Shown in pieces: positions 8,025-17,379 of a stretch of 64,000 bases of DNA. The notes under the pieces were generated by a model. The model was not told where the DNA came from and did not search any database. It worked only from the letters and a program-made list of their open reading frames with translations. Origin of the DNA: Nitrospinaceae bacterium (lineage in GTDB: Bacteria; Nitrospinota; Nitrospinia; Nitrospinales; Nitrospinaceae); assembly GCA_965237905.1 (NCBI GenBank), contig OZ250172.1, forward strand, positions 256,001-320,000. The letters run 5' to 3'. Each line of letters begins with the position of its first letter. The first letter of the stretch is position 1. The position numbers were made by a program, and so were the translations under genes.

Positions 8025-10850
8025 ATGCCTATCATATCGTCTTCAGGCAATGAGACCGTCCAATTAATTAACTCCCGGATTGTTTCCGCATCCAATGCCA
8101 CGTCCCTGCTACCCGGCATTGTTAACGATTTAAAAAATATTCTTTCCTGTGAAGCCATTGTCCTGTTCCTGGTGGACCGGAACCAGAAACAACTCGTTTC
8201 CCTGAATCATATTTCCAGCAAGGTATCTCAAATCCGGGTGGACATGTCGCCTAAAACTCCCGTGGGGTATGTCACGTCTTATGGGAAAGCGCTCAATATC
8301 AGCGATAAAATTTCCAAAGCAGAGCTGGCGATGTACAATCCCAACATGACAGTTTCTTCCAGCCTGGATAAACCCCTTAAGCTGAAAACCAAATCCATGA
8401 TGGTGATCCCCCTGCCCTTTCAGCAAAAACTGGTGGGTGCTGTGGAAATCATCAATAAGCAAGGCGACCAAAAGTTCACAGCCTCCGATTTCAAGATTTC
8501 CAAGGAATTGGCACATCCATTAGGATTACTTGTTTCCAAAATAAAAAATGAGAGCGGCGCAACCCCTACGCTTTCGCCTGTGGATCCACAACAAAAATTA
8601 TTTCAAATAATCAATGCCATTCACTCAGCAAAAAATGTAGACGAAATATTGATCGAATTGAAACTCTCCATTCTGGAACTGTTCAATGCTTCCCTGATCA
8701 CCATCTATGCTATCGATGCGAGTAAGAACGAGGTCTATTCGAAGCTGAAATCGGGTGACACCGTCAATGAAATCCGAGTCCCCATTTCATCCACCAGCGT
8801 TGCAGGATATGTAGCCATGTCCCAACAAACGGTCATGGTCGAAAATGTACACGACCCCAAACAATTAAAGCAATATCATCCAGATCTATCTTTTGACAGT
8901 TCATGGGACAAAAAATCCGGCTTTAAAACCAAAGGCATGCTGGCTTGCCCCCTGATCCATAAAGGCCGATTGATGGGTATTATTCAGCTCGTCAACAAAA
9001 AAGGGAGTGGAAAATTCAATGTGTCTGATCAAAAAAATGCTCAGATGATTTCCGAGACATTAGCGCTTGCCTTTTTCAATCAAACCAAATTTGTCCATCA
9101 AAAACCCACAAAATTTTCCTACCTCACGAACAATGGAATTATTACTGAACGGGAACTGACGGAAGCCATCGGCAAGGCTCGCAGGAACCAGATGGATATC
9201 GAGACTATCCTTTTACATGAATTAAAAGTAACGCGAAAAGATTTGGGGAAATCACTGGAACAGTTCTACAAGGTTCCTTATCTTGGCTATAACAGTTCCA
9301 TGGTGTTGCCCCATTCGGTATTCGAAGGATTGAATCTGAGTTTTCTCTCAAAGAACTTCTGGGTTCCCATTGAAAAAATTGGCAACAAGGTAGTTGTTCT
9401 GATAGACAATCCCTTCAACAAAGACAAAATTCAAAATATCAAACTTATTTTCCCAAAGAAGACTGTCGAATTAAAAGTAGGGCTAAAAAACGATATCCGG
9501 GATTTTTTAAACTCCACTGTTACTGATAACGATGATGGTTCAGCATCCGTTGATGAAATGTCCGACCTTTTGCATGCCCTGAGAACAGAAAAAAGAGAAT
9601 CTGACACCGAAATAGAACCGGAAGATAGGGATCTCAACGCAATCAGCGAAGAGGACGGCACCATCGTCAAACTGGTCAACAAAATCCTGATCAATGGTTA
9701 TGACGAAGGGGTTTCCGATATCCACATTGAACCCGGAGTCGGAAAAGACAATATGGAGGTGCGGTACCGAGTCGATGGGACTTGCCGGGTCTTCCAGGAA
9801 ATCCCGCCGATGTACAAACAAGCGGTATTATCCCGGTTGAAGATCATGGCCCGATTGGATATTGCCGAACGACGCATGCCGCAGGATGGTAAAATCAAAA
9901 TGAAATATGGCAAAAAAGAGATTGAATTTCGTCTGGCCACTTGTCCGACCGTAGGGGGCAACGAAGACGCGGTGTTGCGTATTCTCGCCGCCAGTAAACC
10001 CATTCCTCTGGATAATATGAACTTTACCCGGCGGAACCTTCAATTAATTAAAAAAATGGCCACCAAACCTTATGGACTGATCCTCGCGGTCGGCCCCACA
10101 GGTTCCGGTAAAACGACGACCCTTCACTCCGCTCTGGGTCATATCAACACCCGGGACAAAAAAATCTGGACCGCAGAAGATCCTGTGGAAATCACTCAAA
10201 AGGGTCTACGCCAAGTCCAGATGCTACCCAAGATCGGTTTGGATTTCGCACGAGCCATGCGTTCGTTTCTCCGTGGCGACCCGGACGTGATCATGGTCGG
10301 TGAAATGCGCGACGTGGAAACCTGTTCCATCGGTTTGGAAGCCTCACTGACAGGTCACCTCGTATTCAGCACCCTGCACACCAACTCCGCCCCGGAAACA
10401 ATCACCCGTCTTATCGATATGGGCATGAATCCGCTCAACTTTGCAGATGCTTTATTGTTGATTATTGCCCAGAGACTGGTCCGTACCCTGTGCAAGGATT
10501 GCAAAGAAGATTATCATCCTTCTCAAAAGGAATTCGAAATTCTCGTTAGGGAATACGGGGTTGAAGACTTTCGAAAACTGGGTATCCAGTACACCAACGA
10601 CCTGCGTTTGAAAAAACCCGTCGGATGCTCCAAATGCAACGACACGGGTTATTTAGGCCGAACCGGATTGCACGAGGTTCTGGAGGGCACGGATGAAATC
10701 AAGCGGATGATCATGGAGAAATCTCTGGTGGAAGAAACAAGAGCTCAGGCCATTAAGGATGGAATGACCACTTTGAAACAGGATGGGATACTCAAAATAT
10801 TCAAGGGCGATTGTGACCTTAAGCAGGTTTTAGCCGTCTGTATCGTTTAA
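8025..10850 (+). CDS. PilB/GspE-family secretion ATPase with two N-terminal GAF domains (copy 2)
   Basis: Same architecture and motifs as copy 1; ATPase core nearly identical in protein sequence. Confidence 0.9.
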   Translation: MPIISSSGNETVQLINSRIVSASNATSLLPGIVNDLKNILSCEAIVLFLVDRNQKQLVSLNHISSKVSQIRVDMSPKTPVGYVTSYGKALNISDKISKAELAMYNPNMTVSSSLDKPLKLKTKSMMVIPLPFQQKLVGAVEIINKQGDQKFTASDFKISKELAHPLGLLVSKIKNESGATPTLSPVDPQQKLFQIINAIHSAKNVDEILIELKLSILELFNASLITIYAIDASKNEVYSKLKSGDTVNEIRVPISSTSVAGYVAMSQQTVMVENVHDPKQLKQYHPDLSFDSSWDKKSGFKTKGMLACPLIHKGRLMGIIQLVNKKGSGKFNVSDQKNAQMISETLALAFFNQTKFVHQKPTKFSYLTNNGIITERELTEAIGKARRNQMDIETILLHELKVTRKDLGKSLEQFYKVPYLGYNSSMVLPHSVFEGLNLSFLSKNFWVPIEKIGNKVVVLIDNPFNKDKIQNIKLIFPKKTVELKVGLKNDIRDFLNSTVTDNDDGSASVDEMSDLLHALRTEKRESDTEIEPEDRDLNAISEEDGTIVKLVNKILINGYDEGVSDIHIEPGVGKDNMEVRYRVDGTCRVFQEIPPMYKQAVLSRLKIMARLDIAERRMPQDGKIKMKYGKKEIEFRLATCPTVGGNEDAVLRILAASKPIPLDNMNFTRRNLQLIKKMATKPYGLILAVGPTGSGKTTTLHSALGHINTRDKKIWTAEDPVEITQKGLRQVQMLPKIGLDFARAMRSFLRGDPDVIMVGEMRDVETCSIGLEASLTGHLVFSTLHTNSAPETITRLIDMGMNPLNFADALLLIIAQRLVRTLCKDCKEDYHPSQKEFEILVREYGVEDFRKLGIQYTNDLRLKKPVGCSKCNDTGYLGRTGLHEVLEGTDEIKRMIMEKSLVEETRAQAIKDGMTTLKQDGILKIFKGDCDLKQVLAVCIV

Positions 10851-12165
10851 TTCCCTCCAAACTCACCAACCATCTCTCCTGCATTTTCAAAGCTCTGTCG
10901 ATGATATGCTGATTTCTTGTCTTCTTATCCCGGATACGCATCTCTGGACCTAAAAACAACCCGAAATTGATATTCATCGGTTGATAATTTCCTTCTTTGC
11001 CTGTCACATATTGCAATAAGGTTCCGATTGCGGTTTCTGCAGGCGGCGGTGAAAACGCGGTTCCTTTTAACCGGCACATGGCGCTCAAACTGGCGACCAA
11101 GCCCATGGCAGAAGACTCGACATAGCCCTCCACACCGACAATTTGCCCGGCAAAAAAGATATTCGGATGGCTACTTAGGCTTAGGTCCCCGGATAATAAT
11201 TGCGGCGCATTAATAAAAGTATTCCGGTGAATGGCACCCAATCGGAAAAACTCCGCGTTCTCCAATCCGGGAATCATTTTGAAAATTCTTCTCTGCTCCG
11301 GATAAGTGAGTTTGGTTTGAAACCCAACCAGGTTGTAAGCCGTTCCCTCCTTGTTTTCTTTCCTTAATTGAACCACCGCATGAAACCGTTCGTTGGTTTC
11401 GGGATGATTCAATCCGACCGGTTTGAGCGGCCCGAATGCCAAAGTCTGAGGCCCTCTGTCCGCCAGCACTTCAATGGGCATGCACCCTTCAAAGTAAATG
11501 GGTTTCTCAAACTCCTTGAGTGCCACTTTCTCAGCCTTCAACAACTCATCGATGAATCGTTCATACTGTTCCCGGCTCATACCACAATTCAGATAATCTC
11601 CATCGCCTTTATCATAACGGGACGCGAAAAACGTTTTATCCGTATCGATCGATTGAGCATCGATGATGGGTGACAACGCATCGTAAAAATACAAATAATC
11701 CTGCCCCAGCAATTGCGATAATTTTTCGGAAAAAACCGGTGACGTTAACGGGCCGGTCGCGATAATCACCGGTCCCTCCATGGGAATCTCTGCGACTTCT
11801 TCGTGTTTCAGGGTAATGTTGGGATGCTGTTCCAGTGTCCGGGTGATCTCTTCAGAGAACAGGTCACGATCCACCGCCAGAGCTTTGCCGGCAGGCACGC
11901 TGTTTTTATCCGCTGAACGGATCACCAGCGAGTCCAGATTTCTCAGTTCCTGTTTCAGCAAAAAGGGAGCGGAGGAATCCTGATTGGAACCCATGGAATT
12001 ACTACACACCAATTCGGCACAATTCCCGGTTTTATGAACAGGGGTCGGACGCTGTGGCCGCATTTCGTAAAGAACCACGGACACGCCCGCTTCTGCGGCT
12101 TGCCAGGCGGCTTCCGAACCTGCCAGGCCCGCACCGATAATGGTCAGGTGTGCATTCATACTCAT
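10819..12165 (-). CDS. trmFO: Folate-dependent tRNA m5U54 methyltransferase TrmFO
   Basis: IGAGLAGSEAAWQ, AELVCSNS, YFEGCMPIE, HRNTFIN, GVEGYVES; lies downstream of topA. Confidence 0.95.
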   Translation of the reverse strand: MSMNAHLTIIGAGLAGSEAAWQAAEAGVSVVLYEMRPQRPTPVHKTGNCAELVCSNSMGSNQDSSAPFLLKQELRNLDSLVIRSADKNSVPAGKALAVDRDLFSEEITRTLEQHPNITLKHEEVAEIPMEGPVIIATGPLTSPVFSEKLSQLLGQDYLYFYDALSPIIDAQSIDTDKTFFASRYDKGDGDYLNCGMSREQYERFIDELLKAEKVALKEFEKPIYFEGCMPIEVLADRGPQTLAFGPLKPVGLNHPETNERFHAVVQLRKENKEGTAYNLVGFQTKLTYPEQRRIFKMIPGLENAEFFRLGAIHRNTFINAPQLLSGDLSLSSHPNIFFAGQIVGVEGYVESSAMGLVASLSAMCRLKGTAFSPPPAETAIGTLLQYVTGKEGNYQPMNINFGLFLGPEMRIRDKKTRNQHIIDRALKMQERWLVSLEGIKRYRRLKPA

Positions 12166-12178
12166 CTGCTGTTAGGGA

Positions 12179-14422
12179 CTATGCGGCTTCAGTGGCTTTT
12201 TTGAAATTGCATTTAGGACAAAGGAGACTTTCCCCTTCGTTCTTTTTCCACTTTTGAACCATGTAGGGATTGTTACATTCCGGGCAGGATTCTGCAACTG
12301 GTTTGTCCCAGGAAGTGAAGGTGCAGTTGGGGTATTCACTGCATCCGTAAAAGGTACGTCCCTTTTTGGAACGCCTTGCAGAAACGTATCCTTTTTCGCA
12401 GTCCGGTTCCGGGCAGGAAACACCGAGACTGATGGGTTTGGTGAATTTGCATTCGGGGTAAGCGGAACAGGCCATGAATTTGCCGAAGCGACCGACTTTG
12501 ATGATCAGAGGTGAGTTGCATTTATCACAATTGCCCTCCGCTTTCACCGCATCGGGACCTTCATCTTTGCCGCCGACTTCTTTGGTATTTTTGCATTCCG
12601 GATAGTTGGAACAAGCCATGAACTTGCCAAAGCGGCCCCACTTGATGATCATCGGCTGGTTGCATTTCTCGCACACCTCGTCAGTTTTTTCCTCCTGGCT
12701 CTTGATATCCCTCATCTTCTTCTCGGCTTCCACCAAGTCCTTTTCGAATGGCTTGTAGAAAGTTTTGAGGGTTTCCACCCATTCAATTTTGCCCTCTTCA
12801 ATCTGGTCGAGTTGATCTTCCATATGCGCGGTGAATGCTTCGGTCATGATATCCGGAAAGTTTTCCATCAGCAGATCGGAAACCAGATTCCCCAATTCCG
12901 TGGGAGCCAGACGCTTCTCTTCTGCCTTAACATAATCCCGGTCCTTGATCACGCTGATAATCGACGCATAGGTACTGGGACGTCCGATGCCCTTTTCCTC
13001 CAACGCTTTCACCAGGAGAGCCTCGGTGTACCTTGGGGGTGGTTGGGTAAAATGTTGTTCGGGAAGAATCTTCAACAACTTCAGCTTTTCACCCTTGGGC
13101 AAATCAGGAAGGATTTTATCAGAAGGAGCACCCGTCCCGCTGTCCTCATCGGTGGCCTCCACGTAGACTTTCAAACATCCCATGAACTTGATCACCGAAC
13201 CGTTGGCGCGGAAGGTGTAGTTCCCGGAACGAATATCAAAATGCGTCGTATCGAGAACCGCCGGAACCATCTGGGAAGATACCGCCCGAAACCAGATCAG
13301 CTCATAAAGCCGATACAAATCTTTTTCGATGAGGCCCTTGAGCGGTTTCGGTTCGATCAGGAAATCGGTCGGACGGATCGCTTCGTGAGCTTCCTGCGCG
13401 GATTTCTTAACTTTGTACGTATTGGGTTTGGCGGGAACGTATTCCTTGCCGTATTTGTCCTGAATGAACTGCCGGAGATTGCCGATTGCCTCATCCGCCA
13501 TGCGGGTGGAATCGGTACGCATATAGGTGATCAAACCCACTGTTCCCCTGCCTTCCAGCGCAATGCCCTCATACAGACGCTGGGCCAGCATCATGGTTTT
13601 TTTGGGGGAAAAATTAAGTTTGCGGGAGGCTTCCTGTTGCAGGGTGCTGGTGATAAACGGAGCTACTGGATTGCGTTTGCGTTCCTTTTTACTCACCTCA
13701 TCCAGAACCCATTCGCCCTTATCAACCGCTTTGACGATTTCCTGGGCCTGATCCTCCTTGCCTACTTCCGCCTTGTCCTTGCCAATTTTAAACAACTTGG
13801 CCTGGAATTCCGGATCCTTGCTCCCTCTCAAATCGGCGGTGATCGACCAATATTCTTCCTTCTTAAATTCCTGGATCTCTTTTTCGCGGTCGCAGACCAT
13901 TTTCAAGGCAACCGATTGCACCCGTCCGGCGCTGAGTCCGCGATGCACTTTCTTCCACAAGATGGGGCTGATTTTATAGCCCACCAACCGGTCCAGTATG
14001 CGGCGGGCCTGCTGAGCATTGACCCTGTTGATATTCAATTCGGTGGGATTGTTGATGGCGTCGGTCACGGCTTTTTTGGTCAACTCGTTGAACATCACCC
14101 GGTAGACCTTGCCTTTGGTCAGCTTGGTCAGTTCGTTGGCAATATGAAACGCGATGGCTTCTCCCTCCCGGTCGGGATCGGGCGCGAGATAAATATCGTC
14201 GGCTTTTTTCGCGGCGGCTTTGAGAGCCGCCAGAATCTTGCCCTTGCCGCGGATGGTGATGTAGTCCGGTTTGAAATCGTTTTCAACATCCACGCCCAGT
14301 TTCTTCTTGGGCAGGTCCTTGAGATGACCCACGGAGGCTTTGATCGTAAACCCCTTGCCAATGATTTTCTTCAGCGTATCAATTTTTGTGGGAGACTCCA
14401 CAATCACCAGTGACTTACCCAT
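12179..14422 (-). CDS. topA: DNA topoisomerase I with C-terminal Zn ribbons
   Basis: LVIVESP, DPDREGE, SAGRVQS, ITYMRTDS, GIGRPSTY, repeated C..C / GRFGKF.ACS.YP.C modules. Confidence 0.97.
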   Translation of the reverse strand: MGKSLVIVESPTKIDTLKKIIGKGFTIKASVGHLKDLPKKKLGVDVENDFKPDYITIRGKGKILAALKAAAKKADDIYLAPDPDREGEAIAFHIANELTKLTKGKVYRVMFNELTKKAVTDAINNPTELNINRVNAQQARRILDRLVGYKISPILWKKVHRGLSAGRVQSVALKMVCDREKEIQEFKKEEYWSITADLRGSKDPEFQAKLFKIGKDKAEVGKEDQAQEIVKAVDKGEWVLDEVSKKERKRNPVAPFITSTLQQEASRKLNFSPKKTMMLAQRLYEGIALEGRGTVGLITYMRTDSTRMADEAIGNLRQFIQDKYGKEYVPAKPNTYKVKKSAQEAHEAIRPTDFLIEPKPLKGLIEKDLYRLYELIWFRAVSSQMVPAVLDTTHFDIRSGNYTFRANGSVIKFMGCLKVYVEATDEDSGTGAPSDKILPDLPKGEKLKLLKILPEQHFTQPPPRYTEALLVKALEEKGIGRPSTYASIISVIKDRDYVKAEEKRLAPTELGNLVSDLLMENFPDIMTEAFTAHMEDQLDQIEEGKIEWVETLKTFYKPFEKDLVEAEKKMRDIKSQEEKTDEVCEKCNQPMIIKWGRFGKFMACSNYPECKNTKEVGGKDEGPDAVKAEGNCDKCNSPLIIKVGRFGKFMACSAYPECKFTKPISLGVSCPEPDCEKGYVSARRSKKGRTFYGCSEYPNCTFTSWDKPVAESCPECNNPYMVQKWKKNEGESLLCPKCNFKKATEAA

Positions 14423-14428
14423 AGTTCC

Positions 14429-15553
14429 TCAATAAATATCGGACGGGTTCATGAAAAACATTTTCCCGTCGGTTTGACGAATCACTCCCTTGAGTTCGAG
14501 CGTGACCAGTGTAGCTGAAACTTCAGCGGGTGACAAATAACTGTTTTCAATAACTCTGTCAATATGTTGCTCCTGTACCGACATCAGGGACATCAAATGT
14601 TCCTCTTTCGGGTTGAGCGGAATCGACTCAAGTGCCTTGTTTTTCCGTTCCTTCAACAATTCCAAAACCGAGTCGGAAAGTTCTTCCACCACCGCTTCGG
14701 GACTGTCCGTCAATTTTGCTCCCACTTTAATCAGGGCGTGGGTTCCCCGGCTTTCGGAGGAGTAGATATTTCCCGGCACGGCAAACACCTCCCGACCCTG
14801 CTCGAGAGCGAATTGAGCGGTGATCAGTGCGCCACTTTTCTCTCCCGCCTCCACCACCAGGGTTCCGTGGGACAGTCCACTGATCACCCGGTTGCGCGCT
14901 GGAAAATTATTTCGATCCGGTTTGGTCGACATGGGAAACTCGGAGATAACCGCTCCATGCTCCTCAATTTGCCGCCGCAGGGAACCGCTTTCCGGAGGAT
15001 AGGTGTATTCCAATCCGCATCCGAATACCGCCACGGTAGGATTCCCCAGTTTCAGGGCCGACTTGTGGGCGATGGTATCGATTCCCCGCGCCATGCCGCT
15101 GACAATACAAACTCCCATTTCCGAAAGCGCGGTACAGAGTTTCTCAGCTACCATCTTGCCATAGCCGGAAGCTTTACGAGTGCCTACCACTGCAAGCGGT
15201 ACGGACCGTTCATCCAAAAAAGTTCCCTGGTAGTAGATCACGGGTGGCGGATCATAAATCGATTTCAACAGGAATGGATATTGCGGATCCTCAATCGTCA
15301 GAATCCGGACATTGCGCCGCTCGGCCAGTTGATATTCCCGTTTGAGACTTTGTTCCAGATCAAAATCAAGAATTTGCCGGGCGACTTTGTCTCCGACCCG
15401 TTCGACCTCCATCAATTCTTTGCGCGAGGCATGAAACACATTTTTGGGAGAGTTAAAGACCTTGACCAGGCGGTGGCACAGGGTTTTCCCCACTCCCAAA
15501 ACCATGTTGAGACCTACCCAGTATTTTTTAGACTCCCAATCGTCGCGATCCAT
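14429..15553 (-). CDS. dprA: DNA-processing protein DprA/Smf
   Basis: AVVGTR, SGMARGID, FPARNRVISG, SGALITA, GREVFAVPG; C-terminal winged helix. Confidence 0.95.
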   Translation of the reverse strand: MDRDDWESKKYWVGLNMVLGVGKTLCHRLVKVFNSPKNVFHASRKELMEVERVGDKVARQILDFDLEQSLKREYQLAERRNVRILTIEDPQYPFLLKSIYDPPPVIYYQGTFLDERSVPLAVVGTRKASGYGKMVAEKLCTALSEMGVCIVSGMARGIDTIAHKSALKLGNPTVAVFGCGLEYTYPPESGSLRRQIEEHGAVISEFPMSTKPDRNNFPARNRVISGLSHGTLVVEAGEKSGALITAQFALEQGREVFAVPGNIYSSESRGTHALIKVGAKLTDSPEAVVEELSDSVLELLKERKNKALESIPLNPKEEHLMSLMSVQEQHIDRVIENSYLSPAEVSATLVTLELKGVIRQTDGKMFFMNPSDIY

Positions 15554-15591
15554 CCCGAAATTTTATTGAAGCAGGAAAATCATTGTTTCCC

Positions 15592-16056
15592 CTAAGAAAC
15601 CGTCGTTTGGCTTTCCACCTGATCCTTTAGAAACCGGTTACGGCTTTTTAACAACTGCGTCATGTACGGTTTCAGTATCCACCGGTCCACCCACCGACCG
15701 ATCGGCTTAAACGGCGATTCAAATAGAAAAAGATCCCTCATGTGAGTTATCCCTTTCGTTTCGACAAAATGATGCTCGTGGCGCATGCTTTTAAACGGAC
15801 CTTTCACCATTTCATCACAAAAGTAAACCGGAAATTCAAATTTGGTTATCTGCGCGGTCAAATGCCACCAAAATCCCCAATGCCGGGCCCGCCAAGTGAC
15901 TTCCTCTCCGAGTTCGAGCAAGCCCTCCGTTTTTCCTGCTACCGCCTGCTCGCCGGTGTGACCCATGGAAACTTGATGCAATCCCACATCCCGTGACACA
16001 TTAAAACAGGCTTCCGCCCGCGCATTAATGGTTGTGGTCAATTCGATGCGTATCAT
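15592..16056 (-). CDS. SRPBCC family protein
   Basis: VTWRARHWG, F.DEMVKGPFKSMRHEH.F pattern; 154 aa. Confidence 0.75.
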   Translation of the reverse strand: MIRIELTTTINARAEACFNVSRDVGLHQVSMGHTGEQAVAGKTEGLLELGEEVTWRARHWGFWWHLTAQITKFEFPVYFCDEMVKGPFKSMRHEHHFVETKGITHMRDLFLFESPFKPIGRWVDRWILKPYMTQLLKSRNRFLKDQVESQTTVS

Positions 16057-16091
16057 CGATGTTCAGAACCTTTTTGTATGCCGGTTCCGTT

Positions 16092-16895
16092 TCATTTTGC
16101 ATGATATAGGCTGTGAAAACGATGCACCGAAATATTAAATGTGTGGATCGCTTCATAATAACCTACCAAAACACGGGTATAAATGATCAACGTTTCAAAC
16201 AGATCGGCTTCGTTGCCGATCCCAAAATCATAATTCGCGGCTTCGGTCACCAGCAAAGCACGAGTCATTTTCCGGTTCTTGCCCGCCAGTGTGAGTTGTT
16301 CCCTGGCTTTGTTGACCGCAATGATGGCTTCCCTCAAATCAAATAAACCGGACTCGGTTTTGGAACCCGAATTGCTTTTCAGGAATTCGTCGACTGTTTT
16401 ATGCGGAAAGCTCACCGGTTGGAACTTGGGACCGGAAATATCCACTTCTTGGGTCCATCGCACTCCCAGATATTTCTCCAGGCGGAGCTGGGCCAGCGCG
16501 ATATCACTGTTAAACTGAGAAATATCATTTAATGCCCCGGCCAGGCCCAGTTTGAGCTTGGTGATCGCGGACTGCGAGATATTATCATCTCCCTCTTCAA
16601 ATTTTTTCTCCGCCTGGGTCACGGCCTTTTCAAAATGGCCTTTGACCTCTTTTGATATCTCAAGTTGCTCCCTCCGAGCCAGAATAAGATCATGGTTTCG
16701 CCTTACCTCAAGTGCAACATCCTTGGAGTATCGGGTTGCCGACATCTCCAGGGCTTGCTCCAGGGAGGGCAGCTTATCAAGGATCCGCACTGTCTCGACT
16801 CTGGATTCCTGGCAGCCATACAAAAAGATCACCAAAAGTATAAATAAAGGAAGAACTCGTGCCGGCAGATGAAGGGTGCGATGGGTGGGACTCAT
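16092..16895 (-). CDS. Lipoprotein with TolC/OEP-like helical region (short)
   Basis: Hydrophobic signal with LYGC lipobox; C-terminus YDFGIGNEADL...YYEAIHTFN resembles an outer-membrane efflux repeat; only 267 aa. Confidence 0.55.
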   Translation of the reverse strand: MSPTHRTLHLPARVLPLFILLVIFLYGCQESRVETVRILDKLPSLEQALEMSATRYSKDVALEVRRNHDLILARREQLEISKEVKGHFEKAVTQAEKKFEEGDDNISQSAITKLKLGLAGALNDISQFNSDIALAQLRLEKYLGVRWTQEVDISGPKFQPVSFPHKTVDEFLKSNSGSKTESGLFDLREAIIAVNKAREQLTLAGKNRKMTRALLVTEAANYDFGIGNEADLFETLIIYTRVLVGYYEAIHTFNISVHRFHSLYHAK

Positions 16896-16967
16896 GGGTT
16901 CAGGCTCCTTTTAAACCCCGTGGAAGGCTCAACAGCGGCTGGCAATACGTCTCTTTGGGTGGGGGAC

Positions 16968-17093
16968 AAAAAAAGAGGGATACTGAACAACCGAAAAGAG
17001 ACCTTGATGGCAACCAAGAAGATAACCGAAATTATCTTGTCTAACTCCTTAAGGCTTTTTTGCCTAAAATTTAGGCATATTGTCCAGTATCCC
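16968..17093 (-). ncRNA. Candidate structured RNA (sRNA or cis-regulatory leader)
   Basis: 14-bp closing stem (17093-17080 with 16990-16977), internal hairpins including a UUCG loop, followed by a U-tract; begins just after a promoter-like motif. Confidence 0.55.
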
Positions 17094-17109
17094 GAACCTT
17101 TATAAGAGA

Positions 17110-17138
17110 AAGTTATCATAGAGAACGGTTTGAGTCAA
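17110..17138 (-). promoter_or_regulatory. Putative sigma70 promoter (extended -10)
   Basis: Minus strand TTGACT, 17 bp spacer ending TGA, TAACTT. Confidence 0.5.
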
Positions 17139-17379
17139 TACAATTTTGAGTCCAGAATCGTCCTGAAATCAACAGTAGAAGTAGAATTAAGTCAATAGAT
17201 TCAATATCTTATAGAAATAATATTGGGACCGCGCTGAGCCTATACCTTGGGGAGGTGATTTATAACTATTTGGTTTTAAAAGGGTTATAAAAACAACCTT
17301 TTTAAGAAAATGAGTCTCTCTCCTGACGGCAGAAATAAGATAACTCAAAATTTTACAAATAGTTATAAGGTTTTATTGG

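Noticed and set aside
10819..10850. 32-bp convergent overlap of trmFO with ATPase copy 2 (also a 17-bp overlap at 52205-52221)
   Set aside because: Short tail-to-tail overlaps are common in compact genomes; no further signal.
12812..14413. 533-aa plus-strand ORF
   Set aside because: Antisense shadow of topA with no recognisable motifs; explained by codon bias of the real gene.
16892..17119. 75-aa minus-strand ORF across the structured region
   Set aside because: Its start lies inside the promoter-like motif, it has no SD or recognisable motif, and RNA structure explains the region better; not fully excluded.
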